A DNA stretch of 63,410 bases, the filler included, from an uncultured Chlamydiae bacterium (lineage in GTDB: Bacteria > Chlamydiota > Chlamydiia > Chlamydiales > SM23-39): assembly GCA_937899275.1 (NCBI GenBank). It is 7 parts of 7 records of this genome, joined end to end, with 100 filler letters (N's around TTAATTAATTAA, not from the genome) between each part and the next. Parts side by side here need not be neighbours in the genome. Positions count along the whole stretch, not along the records: positions 37,666 to 53,728 come from CALBPE010000042.1; 6 more parts are not named here. One strand, written 5' to 3'. A program made the translations under genes and the position numbers. Under the pieces are notes generated by a model that had not been told where the DNA came from, ran no database searches, and saw only the letters and a list, made by a program, of their open reading frames with translations. Positions 40,871 to 50,269 of this stretch are shown piece after piece (position 1 is the first letter of the stretch; every line of letters starts with the position of its first letter).

Positions 40871-41185
40871 TGGGGAGTGCCCCCCATTTAAAGTGAACCA
40901 CCCTGCCTGACTCTAAGACATAGGGAAAGACGAGGTTTATGACTAAATCCAACCATATTGAGGTGATCACCTCAACAAAAAGACGCAGACGATGGAGCGC
41001 TGAAGACAAAAAAGCCATCGTTGAACAAACGTACCAGCCTTAGATGAGCGTTTCTCTTATAGCGCGCAAATACGATATAAGTCCTATTTACATGGAGAAG
41101 ACTCATGGAAGGGGAAAGCTTGGTCGAAGAAAAGCGGCGCTCGATGAGAGCTATTTCCGAAGCCCTATAGGCCTCTTAGATCTCT
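40871..41185 (+). mobile_element. IS3-family (IS2 group) remnant: left end and decayed orfA
   Basis: IEVITSTKRRRRWSAEDKKAIVEQTYQP*MSVSLIARKY; terminal GTGCCCCC...AAAGTG resembles the right end at 39785. Confidence 0.75.
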
Positions 41186-41487
41186 TGATCAGGCCTTGCT
41201 AAGAAAAAAAATTGTGTTCTAAGATCTACAAAAAAGAGGGTCAACAACTAGAAATAACCACAATTTTGCTCTGGTTTAAGAGGTGTTTTCTAAGCTAGGC
41301 AAAGAGTCATTTTTGTATTTCAATACATTCTCAGTGTTAATAATTCGCCTGTGGCTAATTTTCGACATACGTAATCTATTAGGAGCGTAAAAGAAGGATG
41401 CAATTCCCAGCTTTAGTTTAGGTTTTAATAAAAGTTTTAACGTTGCTGATAAGTCATTGGAAATGAGTGATTAGATTTTTTAGTAAA

Positions 41488-41541
41488 GAAAACAACCTCA
41501 TGTTTTCTATAGCTAGCATCAAAAACAACCCCATGTTTTCT
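41488..41541. promoter_or_regulatory. Tandem palindromic repeats upstream of AAA-DUF4143 gene
   Basis: AAAACAACCTCATGTTTTCT (41489-41508) and AAAACAACCCCATGTTTTCT (41522-41541), each AAAACA-N6-TGTTTT. Confidence 0.6.
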
Positions 41542-41591
41542 TGACTTATATAAAAAATCGCTTAAGATCGACCGAAAAGGAAAGATATTCT

Positions 41592-42965
41592 ATGAAACGA
41601 GATCTTACAGATTTTTTAATCAACTGGCTCAATGCCGCTGATCGAAAGCCACTTGTTATTCGAGGAGCAAGGCAAGTTGGCAAAACCTGGCTCATTCGCA
41701 ACCTAGCCGAATCAAAGCGCCGACAACTTATTGAGCTAAACTTTGAAAAAAAACCTGATTTGCAGTCCTTATTTTCTTCAAATGAGCCTCAAGAGATTAT
41801 CAGCAACATTGCTGCATTTTTTAGCAAAACGGTCGATCCAGCGAACACTCTGCTTTTTTTAGATGAAATACAGGCTGCTCCCCATCTTATTGCAAAACTC
41901 CGTTGGTTTGCGGAAGAAATGCCACAGCTTCCTGTTATTGCTGCTGGGTCTCTCTTAGATTTTGCTTTAACAGATTATGAATTCAGCATGCCAGTCGGAA
42001 GAATTGGCTACATGTACTTGGAGCCGCTTTCCTTTGAAGAGTTTTTAGATGCAGTGGGGCTCTCTCAACTTAGAGCGTATCTTAAAACTTATCGCTTGAA
42101 TAAGGAAATTCCGCTCGCAATTCATAAACAATGCACTGCTTTGATGAAAGAGTATCTGATCATTGGTGGTATGCCGGCTGCTGTATTATCTTGGGTCACA
42201 AAAAAAAGTCTTGAAGCCGTCAGTCAGGTGCATTTTGATCTTCTTGCTACCTATCGTCAGGACTTTGCTAAATATCGAGGCCGTCTTACTACAGACCGTT
42301 TAGAAGAAGTAGTCACATCAATTCCCCGTCAACTTGGAAAGAAGTTTGTTTATTCTCATGCTAACCCAGAGGTGAATACTTCCTCCTTGAGACAAGCGAT
42401 TGATCTACTGACCAAAGCGCGTGTTTGTCATAGAGTTTTTGCAACCTCTGCAAATGGATTGCCTCTAAATGCTGAGATTAAGGAAAAATTTTTTAAGGCG
42501 ATTTTGCTAGATTGTGGTCTTGTCAGCGCAGAATTGGGGCTTTCCCTGCATCAGTTGCATTCTATATCGGAGCTCATCCTCATCAATAGTGGGGGATTAA
42601 CAGAGCAGTTAGTTGGTCAGCAGCTTAGAACTCTTTTCCCTCCATTTGTCTCTCCTTCGCTCAATTATTGGCAACGCGCCGAGATCAATGCAAATGCAGA
42701 AGTTGATTATGTTATTCAACATCAAGATCAAATTGTACCTGTAGAGGTCAAAGCAGGAAGCACAGGAACTCTTAAGTCGTTGCACCATTTCATGGAAAGT
42801 AAGCGAAGGAGTGTTGCTGTTAGAGTCAATTCCGATTATCCCACATTTGGTCCTGTTCATGTAAAAACGACCACTGGTTCCGCTGTGAAGTATTCCCTTC
42901 TTTCTTTGCCTTTCTATCTCATTGGACAGGTCCATCGGCTTCTTGCTGAAATCACAGAAGCTTAA
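41592..42965 (+). CDS. AAA_14 ATPase with C-terminal DUF4143 PD-(D/E)XK-like domain
   Basis: RKPLVIRGARQVGKT, LDEIQ, AAGSLL, GGMP, D.GL, EVDYV...PVEVKAG. Confidence 0.9.
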   Translation: MKRDLTDFLINWLNAADRKPLVIRGARQVGKTWLIRNLAESKRRQLIELNFEKKPDLQSLFSSNEPQEIISNIAAFFSKTVDPANTLLFLDEIQAAPHLIAKLRWFAEEMPQLPVIAAGSLLDFALTDYEFSMPVGRIGYMYLEPLSFEEFLDAVGLSQLRAYLKTYRLNKEIPLAIHKQCTALMKEYLIIGGMPAAVLSWVTKKSLEAVSQVHFDLLATYRQDFAKYRGRLTTDRLEEVVTSIPRQLGKKFVYSHANPEVNTSSLRQAIDLLTKARVCHRVFATSANGLPLNAEIKEKFFKAILLDCGLVSAELGLSLHQLHSISELILINSGGLTEQLVGQQLRTLFPPFVSPSLNYWQRAEINANAEVDYVIQHQDQIVPVEVKAGSTGTLKSLHHFMESKRRSVAVRVNSDYPTFGPVHVKTTTGSAVKYSLLSLPFYLIGQVHRLLAEITEA

Positions 42966-43141
42966 GTAAAGCGCCTCTTGAGGTCAAAAATAGGAATATA
43001 TAAAAAAAAGATTTTGGTTTCTAAATTTCATAAATCATTGATTATAAGCCTTAAAAAGGTTTGAGTTGAAAGGGGCTCTTTATAATAGAGATTGAATATA
43101 AATATTAAAAATGATTATAATAATTCTATTAAATTTATTGG

Positions 43142-44668
43142 TTGCCAATGTCTAGTTTCGTTACTTTAAATCATAAAGCTGATATTAATAACATAAATCT
43201 TTCTACCGATTGGAAAGATTCACCATCTTTCTCTAGTAAAAATAGAATTGTTGGAGAAAATGGCGGGAAAATTACCTCGAGCTATAAAGGTACGCAGTAC
43301 CAAGTATTTTTAGAAAAAAAGCGAGAATTTACGCCTAACGAGAAAATATGGCGCAAGCTTATCGGCACTATAGTAGTGATTTTTACTTTAGGTATTGCGA
43401 TCTTTTTTCAATCTGTTAGAAACCTACTTACCCAAGAAAAGGCAAAAATCCGATTTGCTGTTCCTGCTCCTCCCATTAAAGAAGAGCTAGAAGAAGGAAT
43501 AGACATTCCAGAGGAAATGACTAAAAAGATCCACAGTTGTATGCAGTATATTGTTCCAACAGATCGGCAAGATGCCGAAATACTGGAGCAGCACGGCTTA
43601 AAGCTGCACACGCATAGCCGTAACCATCAATTCCAATTTTTTTATTTGGAGAAGTATCCAAAACTGATTTTTAAACTGAACCGTCAGAGTTCTGCATCTT
43701 CGACGAATAAGCCGTACTCTATGGAGCCGTACTATAGGGCAATGATTAAAACTGCAGATGTGCGCCGAATGCATGATCTATCCCTTATTCGCATACCTCA
43801 CGCAAAGCTCTTGGGTGTTCAATATGAAGGTATAAACTATGAAATAGTTGTGGAAGAGCGGCTAGCATTAAATCCACAAGAAGAATTACACTCACGTGAA
43901 ATTGAATGGTTTCAAGAAGGCTATTTTGAAAAATATGGCGATAGGTTAGATCCAGCCATAGAACAGCTCGCTACCCTTGTTTGTGAGACGGGACGTGGAA
44001 AGATTAACTGGGGAAATAACAAAGTGCTTGTTCCTAAAGGTAACCAAGATCCTATACAAATTGCGCTTATCGGTTTTGAATCAAGTGGCGACCCACAAAT
44101 AGGCCTCTTTGGAGGTGACGCCTCGGAATGCCCGGGCTTAGTTCGATGTGTTAACGAAAAGCAGGGAAACATTGTGAAAAAGATAGCTCAAAGATGGGGA
44201 ATCTCGACTCGCGAGTTTTCTTCCGCGCATCGAGATAGAAAAGAGGACCTTGCAGAAATAAGAAAGATTAAAGCATTCCTTTCAACAAAAGGAATTGTGA
44301 ATGGGACAGAACCTATCACAGTTGATACTGCAACTCTTCGATTCCAGGACTTCTGCGAAGAATTCACAGAAGAAGAGATAAACAGGCTTAAAGAAGGGGC
44401 TGAGGCGGTTGTTAAAGTGATTAATCAAAAAATTGCCAGTAAACGTAAAGATCTGCCGGTTAGATTCAAGAGAAGGGTGGTCATTGGAGCCCCTTATGAA
44501 AAATCGATTAGCGGTTTGAGTAGCTTTGTTGGCACCCTTCGAGAAAGGGAGGATCTCTCATCCCATTATATTAAGTATATGGGCGTTATCTTACGAGTAT
44601 TGGCAAATCACGGCTATATTTTTAAAAACATTGGTGCGAGCAACCGTGCATATGTGTTCTATGCTTGA
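43142..44668 (+). CDS. Membrane-anchored kinase-fold effector-like protein, probable pseudokinase
   Basis: Paralog of 45069-46490; LIFK retained, but catalytic loop is GKINWGN and the DFG-like motif is IGFE. Confidence 0.6.
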   Translation: MPMSSFVTLNHKADINNINLSTDWKDSPSFSSKNRIVGENGGKITSSYKGTQYQVFLEKKREFTPNEKIWRKLIGTIVVIFTLGIAIFFQSVRNLLTQEKAKIRFAVPAPPIKEELEEGIDIPEEMTKKIHSCMQYIVPTDRQDAEILEQHGLKLHTHSRNHQFQFFYLEKYPKLIFKLNRQSSASSTNKPYSMEPYYRAMIKTADVRRMHDLSLIRIPHAKLLGVQYEGINYEIVVEERLALNPQEELHSREIEWFQEGYFEKYGDRLDPAIEQLATLVCETGRGKINWGNNKVLVPKGNQDPIQIALIGFESSGDPQIGLFGGDASECPGLVRCVNEKQGNIVKKIAQRWGISTREFSSAHRDRKEDLAEIRKIKAFLSTKGIVNGTEPITVDTATLRFQDFCEEFTEEEINRLKEGAEAVVKVINQKIASKRKDLPVRFKRRVVIGAPYEKSISGLSSFVGTLREREDLSSHYIKYMGVILRVLANHGYIFKNIGASNRAYVFYA

Positions 44669-44671
44669 TCT

Positions 44672-46565
44672 CTTTGAAGTGTGATTTTTCTGTAGAATTT
44701 ATAGGCCCGTTCTCTTGTAATGCCTGTTTTTATAACTAAGACTTCTTAGTTTATGCAAAGGCTCACTTTTACGCCGGGTTTTTTGATTAACATTTCTTTA
44801 CAGTCTAATGAATTCTTACCATGTGTCCTGCTTTTTCTAAAGTCAGAATTAGTTTGGAGATATACAGTTTTTTCTGCAGATACTTTGCTCTGTACTTTCG
44901 GAAAGGAGGTGGTTTGTGACGCTATTTTGATATCCTTCCAATCTTCTTTACCAACAAGTCACTCTAATTTGATGGTTAGGGAAAGTTCTCTTTCGTTATA
45001 TCAATATTGAATATAAATAAATAAATAGTTTATAATTTTATTAATTTATTTAAATTTTAGTGTGAAAAATGTCTATTTTTATAACTGTAAGAAATATTGA
45101 TCATATTAATGAGATGAATTTTTCTAACGATTGGAAAGATGCAGAGTCTTTCCCTGGTAAAAATAGGATTGTTGGACCAAATGGCGAGAAAATTACTTCG
45201 AGCTATAAAGGCAAGCAGTACCAAGTAATAGGACAAAAAGAACGGAATTTTACGCGTGAGGAAAAAATATGCCGAAAAATTCTTGCTATTGTAGTGGTGA
45301 TTTTTACTTTAGGCATTGCGATCTTTTTTCAATCTGTTAGAAACCTCCTTACTCAAGAAAAGGCAAAAATCCGATTTGCTGTTGCTGCTCCTCCCATTGA
45401 AAAGGAGCTAAACAAAGGAATAGACATTTCAGAAGAAATGGTTAAAAAAATTCATAATTGTATGCGCTATATTCTTCAACGCCAGGAAGAAAAAGGGATG
45501 AAACTATACACTAGTCGAGAAACCCACCGAATTTTTTCTTTTGGAAGGTTTCCAAGGCTTATTTTTAAAATGGACTTGAGCCCTTCCAATACAATAGAGC
45601 GCTATAAGAAAATGATTGACGTTACAAATGCGTGTCGAATCTATGCTCTGGACCGTCTTCGCATACCTCGCGCAAAGCTGCTTCCTGTTGAATATCAACG
45701 TAAAAGGTATGAAATAATTGCTGAGGAGAAACTAGACATAAATCCAACTGAAAGTGTTCAGGAAGAGCTCTTTCTAAAACACGCTGCAAGCTTAGATGAC
45801 GCTATAAGGCAGCTTGCTTTTCTTATTGCTTGCACGGGACTTTCGGATATTGAACTGAGGAATAACCCAATTCTTCTGCCGAGAAATAGCCCAATGTCAA
45901 ATGGTTCTCCACAGCCTAAAATTGCGCTTCTTGATCTTGAAGAAATGGACGGTCCAGAAACAGGTCTCTTCGGACGTATATGGGCGCCGCGGCGAGGTTT
46001 AGTTCGATGTGTCAACGAAAGGCAAGGAAAAATTATTGAAGAAGTAGCTCGAAAATGTGGAATCTCGACTAAGAAGTTTGCTGCTGCACATCAATGGAGA
46101 AAAGAAGAGCTTGCAGAAATGCAAAATCTCAAAAATTTTTATTTAAAAAACAAGATTACAACGGGGAAAGAACCTATCACAGTTGATGTTGAAGCTCTTC
46201 AATTCACTGAATACCCTAATGCGAAGGTAAAGCTTAAACAAGTAGCGAAGATGCTTGTTAAAAAGATTAATGAAAAAATTGCCGCTAAGCAAGCTGACGA
46301 TCTACCACCTAAAGGCAGGAGATGCATCTGGATCGAAGAACTTGATGAACTTTCACCAAGGATTCCAGGTAGTAACGAGGATGCAGATAATGGGACGTAT
46401 ATCGGCTATATACTAAACAAATTTCAAAGTATAGGTGTTATTTTTAAACGGATTAAAACGATTGCGAATAAATATTACATCCAGGCCTAATCCCTTTGAA
46501 GTGTGATTTTTCTGTAGAATTTATAGGCTCGTTCTCTTGTAATGCCTGTTTTTATAACTAAGACT
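44672..46565 (+). repeat. 72-bp direct repeat 3' of both kinase-like genes (44672-44743 and 46494-46565)
   Basis: CTTTGAAGTGTG...ATAACTAAGACT, one mismatch. Confidence 0.9.
45069..46490 (+). CDS. Membrane-anchored atypical protein-kinase-like effector
   Basis: LIFK, IPRAKL, IIAEE, SDIELRN (D-x4-N) and IALLDLE; TM helix near the N-terminus. Confidence 0.65.
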   Translation: MSIFITVRNIDHINEMNFSNDWKDAESFPGKNRIVGPNGEKITSSYKGKQYQVIGQKERNFTREEKICRKILAIVVVIFTLGIAIFFQSVRNLLTQEKAKIRFAVAAPPIEKELNKGIDISEEMVKKIHNCMRYILQRQEEKGMKLYTSRETHRIFSFGRFPRLIFKMDLSPSNTIERYKKMIDVTNACRIYALDRLRIPRAKLLPVEYQRKRYEIIAEEKLDINPTESVQEELFLKHAASLDDAIRQLAFLIACTGLSDIELRNNPILLPRNSPMSNGSPQPKIALLDLEEMDGPETGLFGRIWAPRRGLVRCVNERQGKIIEEVARKCGISTKKFAAAHQWRKEELAEMQNLKNFYLKNKITTGKEPITVDVEALQFTEYPNAKVKLKQVAKMLVKKINEKIAAKQADDLPPKGRRCIWIEELDELSPRIPGSNEDADNGTYIGYILNKFQSIGVIFKRIKTIANKYYIQA

Positions 46566-46714
46566 CTGCATTGCGGCTAAGACAAATAGGACTTGATAAG
46601 CGGTGAGGTGCGGTAAAGGTTTTGGATCTTCTATGTCAATCATTCGCAATTAGGCAACTTTCGAAACATAAAATATAGTTCCTGTCTGTGGTACGCCTTA
46701 ACGGGCTCAATGTC

Positions 46715-46776
46715 GACTATTTTGCACGGAAATGCAAAATAGTCTTAACTATCTTGCATTTTGATGCATAATGGTC
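46715..46776. promoter_or_regulatory. Two tandem 30-bp palindromes overlapping the promoter of the second AAA-DUF4143 gene
   Basis: GACTATTTTGCA-N6-TGCAAAATAGTC (46715-46744) and AACTATCTTGCA-N6-TGCATAATGGTC (46747-46776). Confidence 0.7.
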
Positions 46777-46779
46777 AAT

Positions 46780-47901
46780 ATGCAAAGATATCAAAAAGCT
46801 GCGATCATTGCAGATTTAAAGAAGAAAATGGTTTTACTTGCAGGTCCAAGGCAGGCGGGTAAGACAACATTGGCTAAAGAAATTGCAGAGGAATTTAATT
46901 CGGCAATTTATCTAAATTATGACAGCGCAAAAGATAAAAAGATCATTGAGGAAGAAGCGTGGCTTGCCTCAAATGAACTTCTTATTTTTGATGAAATTCA
47001 TAAAATGCCGAACTGGAAAACGTATCTTAAAGGCGTTTATGATACGAAGCCTTCACAGCAAAAAATTCTTGTAGTGGTTAGCGCAAGGCTTGAGGTTTTT
47101 AATCAAGCCGGTGACTCTATGGCTGGCAGGTACTTTCTTCATAGGTTGATGCCTTTTTCTCCCGCAGAATTGCACAGGATAGGAAAAAATAGGAGTTTAG
47201 ATAGGTTCCTAGAAAGAGGAGGTTTTCCAGAACCTTTTTTATGCGATGATCCGGTCGATGCCAAACGGTGGCGTCTACAATATATGGATAGTTTGCTTCG
47301 GGTAGATGTTCTCGATTTTGAAAATATCCATAACTTAAAAGCGATAAGACTGGTTTTTGATTTGTTGAGAGAACGCGCAGGTTCTCCTATTTCTTACAGC
47401 TCGATTGCGGAAGATGTTTCCATTTCACCAAATACAGTGAAAAAATATATTTCGATTTTAGAGGCTCTATACGTAGTTTTTAGAGTTGTTCCCTTCTCAA
47501 AAAATATAGCCAGAAGTCTTCTTAAAGAACCAAAAATTTATTTTTTTGATACGGGGTTGGTCAATGGAGAGCCTGGCGTTAAATTCGAAAATTTTGTCGG
47601 TGTGTGCCTGTTTAAACATGTTCTTGGCAAGATCGATTACCAAGCAGAGAATTACTCCCTTTGCTACCTGCGTACTAAAGAGCAAAAAGAAGTCGATTTT
47701 GCTTTAGTTAAAGACGGTAAGATTGAAAGGCTAATAGAGGTAAAGTATGCCAGCCAAAACTTAGGCTCTGGGATTTCTTATTTTCATCAAAAATACCAAC
47801 TTCCCTCAACTCAAATCGTTAAAGAATTAAAGCGAGAGCGCCGCGAGCAAAGTATTGAAATAGTCAGCGGCGATACGTTTTTAAACGGGCTTTACTTATA
47901 G
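46780..47901 (+). CDS. AAA_14 ATPase with wHTH and DUF4143 domain
   Basis: GPRQAGKTT, FDEIHK, SMAGR, GGFPE, ISPNTVKKYI HTH, PKIYFFDTG, EVDF...IEVK. Confidence 0.9.
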   Translation: MQRYQKAAIIADLKKKMVLLAGPRQAGKTTLAKEIAEEFNSAIYLNYDSAKDKKIIEEEAWLASNELLIFDEIHKMPNWKTYLKGVYDTKPSQQKILVVVSARLEVFNQAGDSMAGRYFLHRLMPFSPAELHRIGKNRSLDRFLERGGFPEPFLCDDPVDAKRWRLQYMDSLLRVDVLDFENIHNLKAIRLVFDLLRERAGSPISYSSIAEDVSISPNTVKKYISILEALYVVFRVVPFSKNIARSLLKEPKIYFFDTGLVNGEPGVKFENFVGVCLFKHVLGKIDYQAENYSLCYLRTKEQKEVDFALVKDGKIERLIEVKYASQNLGSGISYFHQKYQLPSTQIVKELKRERREQSIEIVSGDTFLNGLYL

Positions 47902-48062
47902 AGTAGGTCTTACTAATCGAGCAAAACTCCTTTCGTTTCATCAAGATGGAATGGTAGTTAAGGTGAGTCTGAGCCAAAAATCATTTCGTATGATTTGATC
48001 AAGTTACAAAAGATACCCCAGTATAGAAAAATGACGGGGTAGTATGCTGATGCGTACTTTTC

Positions 48063-48638
48063 TTAAGTTGATTGTAAAAGATTTTGCGTAGTAAGAACGT
48101 TTCCTATGCGGGCTAAAAAACGCAGGCTAGCTGCTTTTTCTTCATCGTTAGCGCATTCTGTAGCGTCTTCAATGATCTGGATTTTAAAATCACGATCATG
48201 AGCTTCACGCGCTGTGAGCTCTACTGCGTTATTGGTGGAAACCCCTACTAGTACAATTTCTTTTACATCATTTGCTCTTAAGATGAGTTCTAAATCTGTA
48301 GCGTAAAATGCGCTTACACGGTGTTTGATGATCTGTATATCTTGATTATCGATTTGTAAGCCCTGACAAAACTGTCCTCCCCATTTAGCAACGATTGCAG
48401 CTTTATGTTCTTGAGCTTTAGTAAAAATAGGAGAGATGAAAGAGCCGTCTAAGTAGTCGGATCTAAAACCGAGTCGTACGTGGATGATGAGATAGTTTTG
48501 TTTTCTTGCCCAATGGGTAATCTGATTGATTTTTTTGATGACTTGATTTTTTACAATGCGATCTGCATAGAAGGCAAGGCTGCCTTCGGCGCTACAGATA
48601 TCATGAATCATATCAAGAGTGATCACGGCTTTTTGCAT
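48063..48638 (-). CDS. Isochorismatase/cysteine hydrolase family protein
   Basis: LDM, KHRVSAFY.TDL..ILR, GVSTN.AV..TAREA.DRDF. Confidence 0.85.
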   Translation of the reverse strand: MQKAVITLDMIHDICSAEGSLAFYADRIVKNQVIKKINQITHWARKQNYLIIHVRLGFRSDYLDGSFISPIFTKAQEHKAAIVAKWGGQFCQGLQIDNQDIQIIKHRVSAFYATDLELILRANDVKEIVLVGVSTNNAVELTAREAHDRDFKIQIIEDATECANDEEKAASLRFLARIGNVLTTQNLLQST

Positions 48639-48744
48639 AGACGTTTTGATAAGGTCTTTTTTTCTTTATATAGAGTTTTTTTGAGATTGTAAATTGACAA
48701 AAAGCTATAAATTACTTATGTTTTTATATGTCTTTCAGTAAGAG

Positions 48745-49614
48745 GTGACTATGTATAGAATTTTACTGGTTGTTTTCGTCTTTTTTTTACATATTCCAGA
48801 AGGGCTGATGGCGGAGCTCATCTGCAGGCCCGTTGTTAATGTCTATATCGATCCTAAGGAAGATACAGAAATTGACTCGCAGGCGCTTTATGGAGATGTT
48901 GTAGAAATTGTGGAGCAAAAAAGCGGTTGGTCTAAAATTACCATGGTAGATGGCATTACAGGTTGGGTACTTTCTTCTCAGGTTATATCAAACCCATCGT
49001 ATGAAAAAAGCCGTAATTTAAGGCCTCTAAAAAGCCTTTTTGCACATATTTATCGTGTAAAAGATACGATTCCTTATCCTCCTCTTTTAACGATACCTTA
49101 TGGAACCAAAGTAAAATTAGATAAAACAGTTGATACAGGCGAAAGGTGGGTTTCTATAGAGCTCTTATCTGGAGAAAAAGCGTGGATTCAGCGAGGAGAT
49201 ATCGATTTTGCCCCCAAGCATAAAACGCTCGAGGAAGTCCTTATTTTCAGTAAAAGCTTCTTAGGTATTCCTTATACATGGGGCGGGCGATCTTCTTACG
49301 GATATGACTGTTCTGGTTTTGTACAAATGCTCTTTAGAGAAATGGGTCTTCATATTCCTCGTAATTCGGGTGATCAGGCAAAATGCGGGCTATTTATCCC
49401 CGTAGAAAGAGAAGATCTGCAACCGGGAGATCTCCTATTTTTTGGAACTAAAAAAATCACCCATGTTGGCATTTACCTTGGCAACGGTCAGTTTATTCAT
49501 TCTGGTGTAAAAGAGCGGCCTATGGTCATGATTAGCAGCCTTGAAACGGGAAAGTATCCGTTCAAAACTGCAAGAAGAATCAACCGTTCGATGATAGCAT
49601 CTTACCAAAGTTGA
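48745..49614 (+). CDS. NlpC/P60 peptidase with two SH3b domains (YkfC-like)
   Basis: Signal peptide, SQALYG, PYTWGG, DCSGFV, PR.S..Q, HVGIY, FIH. Confidence 0.9.
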   Translation: MTMYRILLVVFVFFLHIPEGLMAELICRPVVNVYIDPKEDTEIDSQALYGDVVEIVEQKSGWSKITMVDGITGWVLSSQVISNPSYEKSRNLRPLKSLFAHIYRVKDTIPYPPLLTIPYGTKVKLDKTVDTGERWVSIELLSGEKAWIQRGDIDFAPKHKTLEEVLIFSKSFLGIPYTWGGRSSYGYDCSGFVQMLFREMGLHIPRNSGDQAKCGLFIPVEREDLQPGDLLFFGTKKITHVGIYLGNGQFIHSGVKERPMVMISSLETGKYPFKTARRINRSMIASYQS

Positions 49615-49625
49615 TACAGCCTGCT

Positions 49626-50191
49626 TTATTGTAAACCGTTAGAAAATTTCTTGTGTAACGCCTTTTTAATTTTTTCCACATTTTCTTCTAGACTGTGTAG
49701 ATGGGTGTTGATTGCGATCTACAAGAGCCTATATAGCGGTTTTTTCTGGTTTTTTCGCGCGCTTGGAGCGTTTCTAATGGCGCAGTAATTCCCGTGTACA
49801 AAACAGAGTAGTCTTTTAATGCCGCTTTCCATTTTGCGACGTCTACTTTGCCAAAAGCCACATCATCGATGATCAGATGATAGCCTTGAGATGCCAGTAA
49901 AAGAGCGATAGTTTTTAGACTGTGAAGAATTTTTTTTGCGAAAGCGCCCGCTTGTAGATGGTAGGATTTTTTCCCTTCAGGATCGATTTCAGGCTTCCAG
50001 CAAAATCCAATAGGGGCGTCTCCTCCATCCCAGTTATTGATCTTATCCGGCATAAACCCGATGATTTTATCTATACCAATATGCAAAAAAGGCTCTTCAA
50101 AGGCGTCTTGCAGCGCTTTGGCAAGAGTGGTTTTGCCAGAGCTGGATGGGCCGTTCATATAAATGATTTTAGGCTGATTTGCTCGGTGCAT
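49626..50191 (-). pseudogene. Chloramphenicol-phosphotransferase-like (CPT) kinase with a frameshifting deletion near the 3' end
   Basis: NGPSSSGKTT, GID, IIDDV, REK.R.NR. The CPT-type tail INTHLHSLEENVEKIK...* lies in another frame ending at 49626. Confidence 0.75.
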
Positions 50192-50269
50192 GTATTTCTT
50201 CGGAAAGTTTTTGATAATATACAGCAAAATACATACTATTTCGCTTTATTAAAATATGGAGAGGTTATT

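Noticed and set aside
44753..45010. 85-aa ORF between the kinase-like genes
   Set aside because: No RBS or recognisable motif and it overlaps the downstream promoter; probably spurious.
41488..46776. Paired repeats as mini-CRISPR arrays
   Set aside because: Only two units each, spacers far too short, no cas genes; no CRISPR array seen anywhere in the window.
48063..48638. Isochorismatase-like protein lacking the catalytic Cys
   Set aside because: Cys-less members are common in this family, so it is not evidence of novelty.
49958..50269. N-terminal extension of the 478-aa ORF
   Set aside because: Overlaps the CPT gene on the other strand; the RBS supports a start at 50270.
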